Assembly (NCBI GenBank): GCA_903932505.1
Contig: CAIZGN010000689.1
Location: 1 to 49,548, forward strand
DNA length: 49,548 nt
DNA from: Candidatus Hydrogenedentota bacterium
Lineage (GTDB): Bacteria > Hydrogenedentota > Hydrogenedentia > Hydrogenedentales > CAIZGN01
Direction: 5' to 3'
The position numbers and the translations under genes were made by a program. This document shows, one piece after another, positions 45,166-49,548 of the stretch (positions are counted from its first letter, which is position 1; the number at the start of each line of letters is the position of its first letter). The notes under the pieces are model-generated. The model was not told the origin of the DNA, ran no database searches, and was given only the letters and a program-made list of their open reading frames with translations.

Positions 45166-45459
45166 CTAAGCTTTGGCCTTGGGTTTGGCCGCTGCTTTGG
45201 GTTTGGCGGTAGCCTTGGGCTTCGCAGCCGCTTTGGGCTTGGCCGGACTTGCGCTGGTGGGCAGGGCACTGTACAGACCCTTGGCCGCTTCCAGAATGTT
45301 GCCGAGGCCGCGCTTGCCCTCGTCGGTGGCGGGTACGCCCAGTTTGACGGCGTCCGCCACGAGGCTTTCCCAATCGTCGTGGTTCCACACGCCCTTTTTC
45401 TTGACGACAAACGAACCGCACAACGCCAGCACTTCTGTTACCGCATGTTCTGTGGCCAT
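45166..45459 (-). CDS. small protein with Lys/Ala/Pro (histone H1-like) tail
   Basis: 97 aa; globular KKGVWNHDDWESLV...LGNILEAAKGLY then (AKPKAA)-type repeats; AAGGAG RBS. Confidence 0.8.
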   Translation of the reverse strand: MATEHAVTEVLALCGSFVVKKKGVWNHDDWESLVADAVKLGVPATDEGKRGLGNILEAAKGLYSALPTSASPAKPKAAAKPKATAKPKAAAKPKAKA

Positions 45460-45599
45460 GAGCCAATCTCCTTAACCTGTGTTCCGCAACGGCCCCACAT
45501 GGAGCTGCGGCGCGGATACGCCGTGGAAAAGTGGACGGATCGGAACCGTCCCCCATAACAAAACAATACTATAGCGCATTTTATTGCGCCGCGCAAAAG

Positions 45600-45638
45600 A
45601 AAAAAGGCCCGGCATCGTCCTTGTGGAGATGCCGGGCC
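45600..45638 (-). terminator. intrinsic terminator of groEL
   Basis: GGCCCGGCATC..GATGCCGGGCC followed by TTTTTT on minus strand. Confidence 0.88.
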
Positions 45639-45651
45639 CAAGCGTAGCGTC

Positions 45652-49462
<3,811 letters not shown>

Positions 49463-49485
49463 GACATTCAGCAAACCCAAAAAAC

Positions 49486-49513
49486 AGCCCTGCCGTCCCC
49501 CGACGGCAGGGCT
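49486..49513. terminator. hairpin terminator downstream of the TPR-like gene
   Basis: AGCCCTGCCGTC-CCCC-GACGGCAGGGCT with upstream A tract. Confidence 0.7.
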
Positions 49514-49548
49514 TAGTATTTAGGGGAACCGCTATATGGACTGCGCCG

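Overview
GC-rich bacterial chromosomal window made of housekeeping genes (rpsA, acetolactate synthase large subunit, hcp, lepB, glgP, a solo groEL with CIRCE) interspersed with carbohydrate-active enzymes (GH38, GH29, GH36, heparinase II/III-like, SGNH, GT2, DegT aminotransferase, NAD-dependent epimerase) and many cell-surface proteins. The 'LTGCP' lipoprotein and the 'LGD+TM' C-terminal tail recall Candidatus Hydrogenedentota, but that is an unverified inference. No rRNA, tRNA, CRISPR array or transposase was seen. Main points of interest: (1) a self-contained protein-sorting module at 19.8-23.9 kb: a multi-TM VIT/vWA protein with an N-terminal HAAS-like domain and a C-terminal VPEPEEW sorting signal, translationally coupled to a dedicated exosortase fused to an EpsI-like domain and preceded by an apparent padR remnant; (2) a ~2150-aa surface protein with 16 BACON-like repeats showing a three-repeat super-period and a patterned cysteine arrangement suggestive of inter-domain disulfides; (3) a ~600-bp patch of decayed toxin-antitoxin genes with an internally deleted brnT; (4) a secreted TPR-like protein whose N-terminus resembles a Zn-phospholipase C/S1-P1 domain lacking its His ligands; (5) a short class III-type Hcp behind a perfect consensus sigma70 promoter overlapped by a palindrome. 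All calls come from reading the sequence and ORF track; no searches were run.
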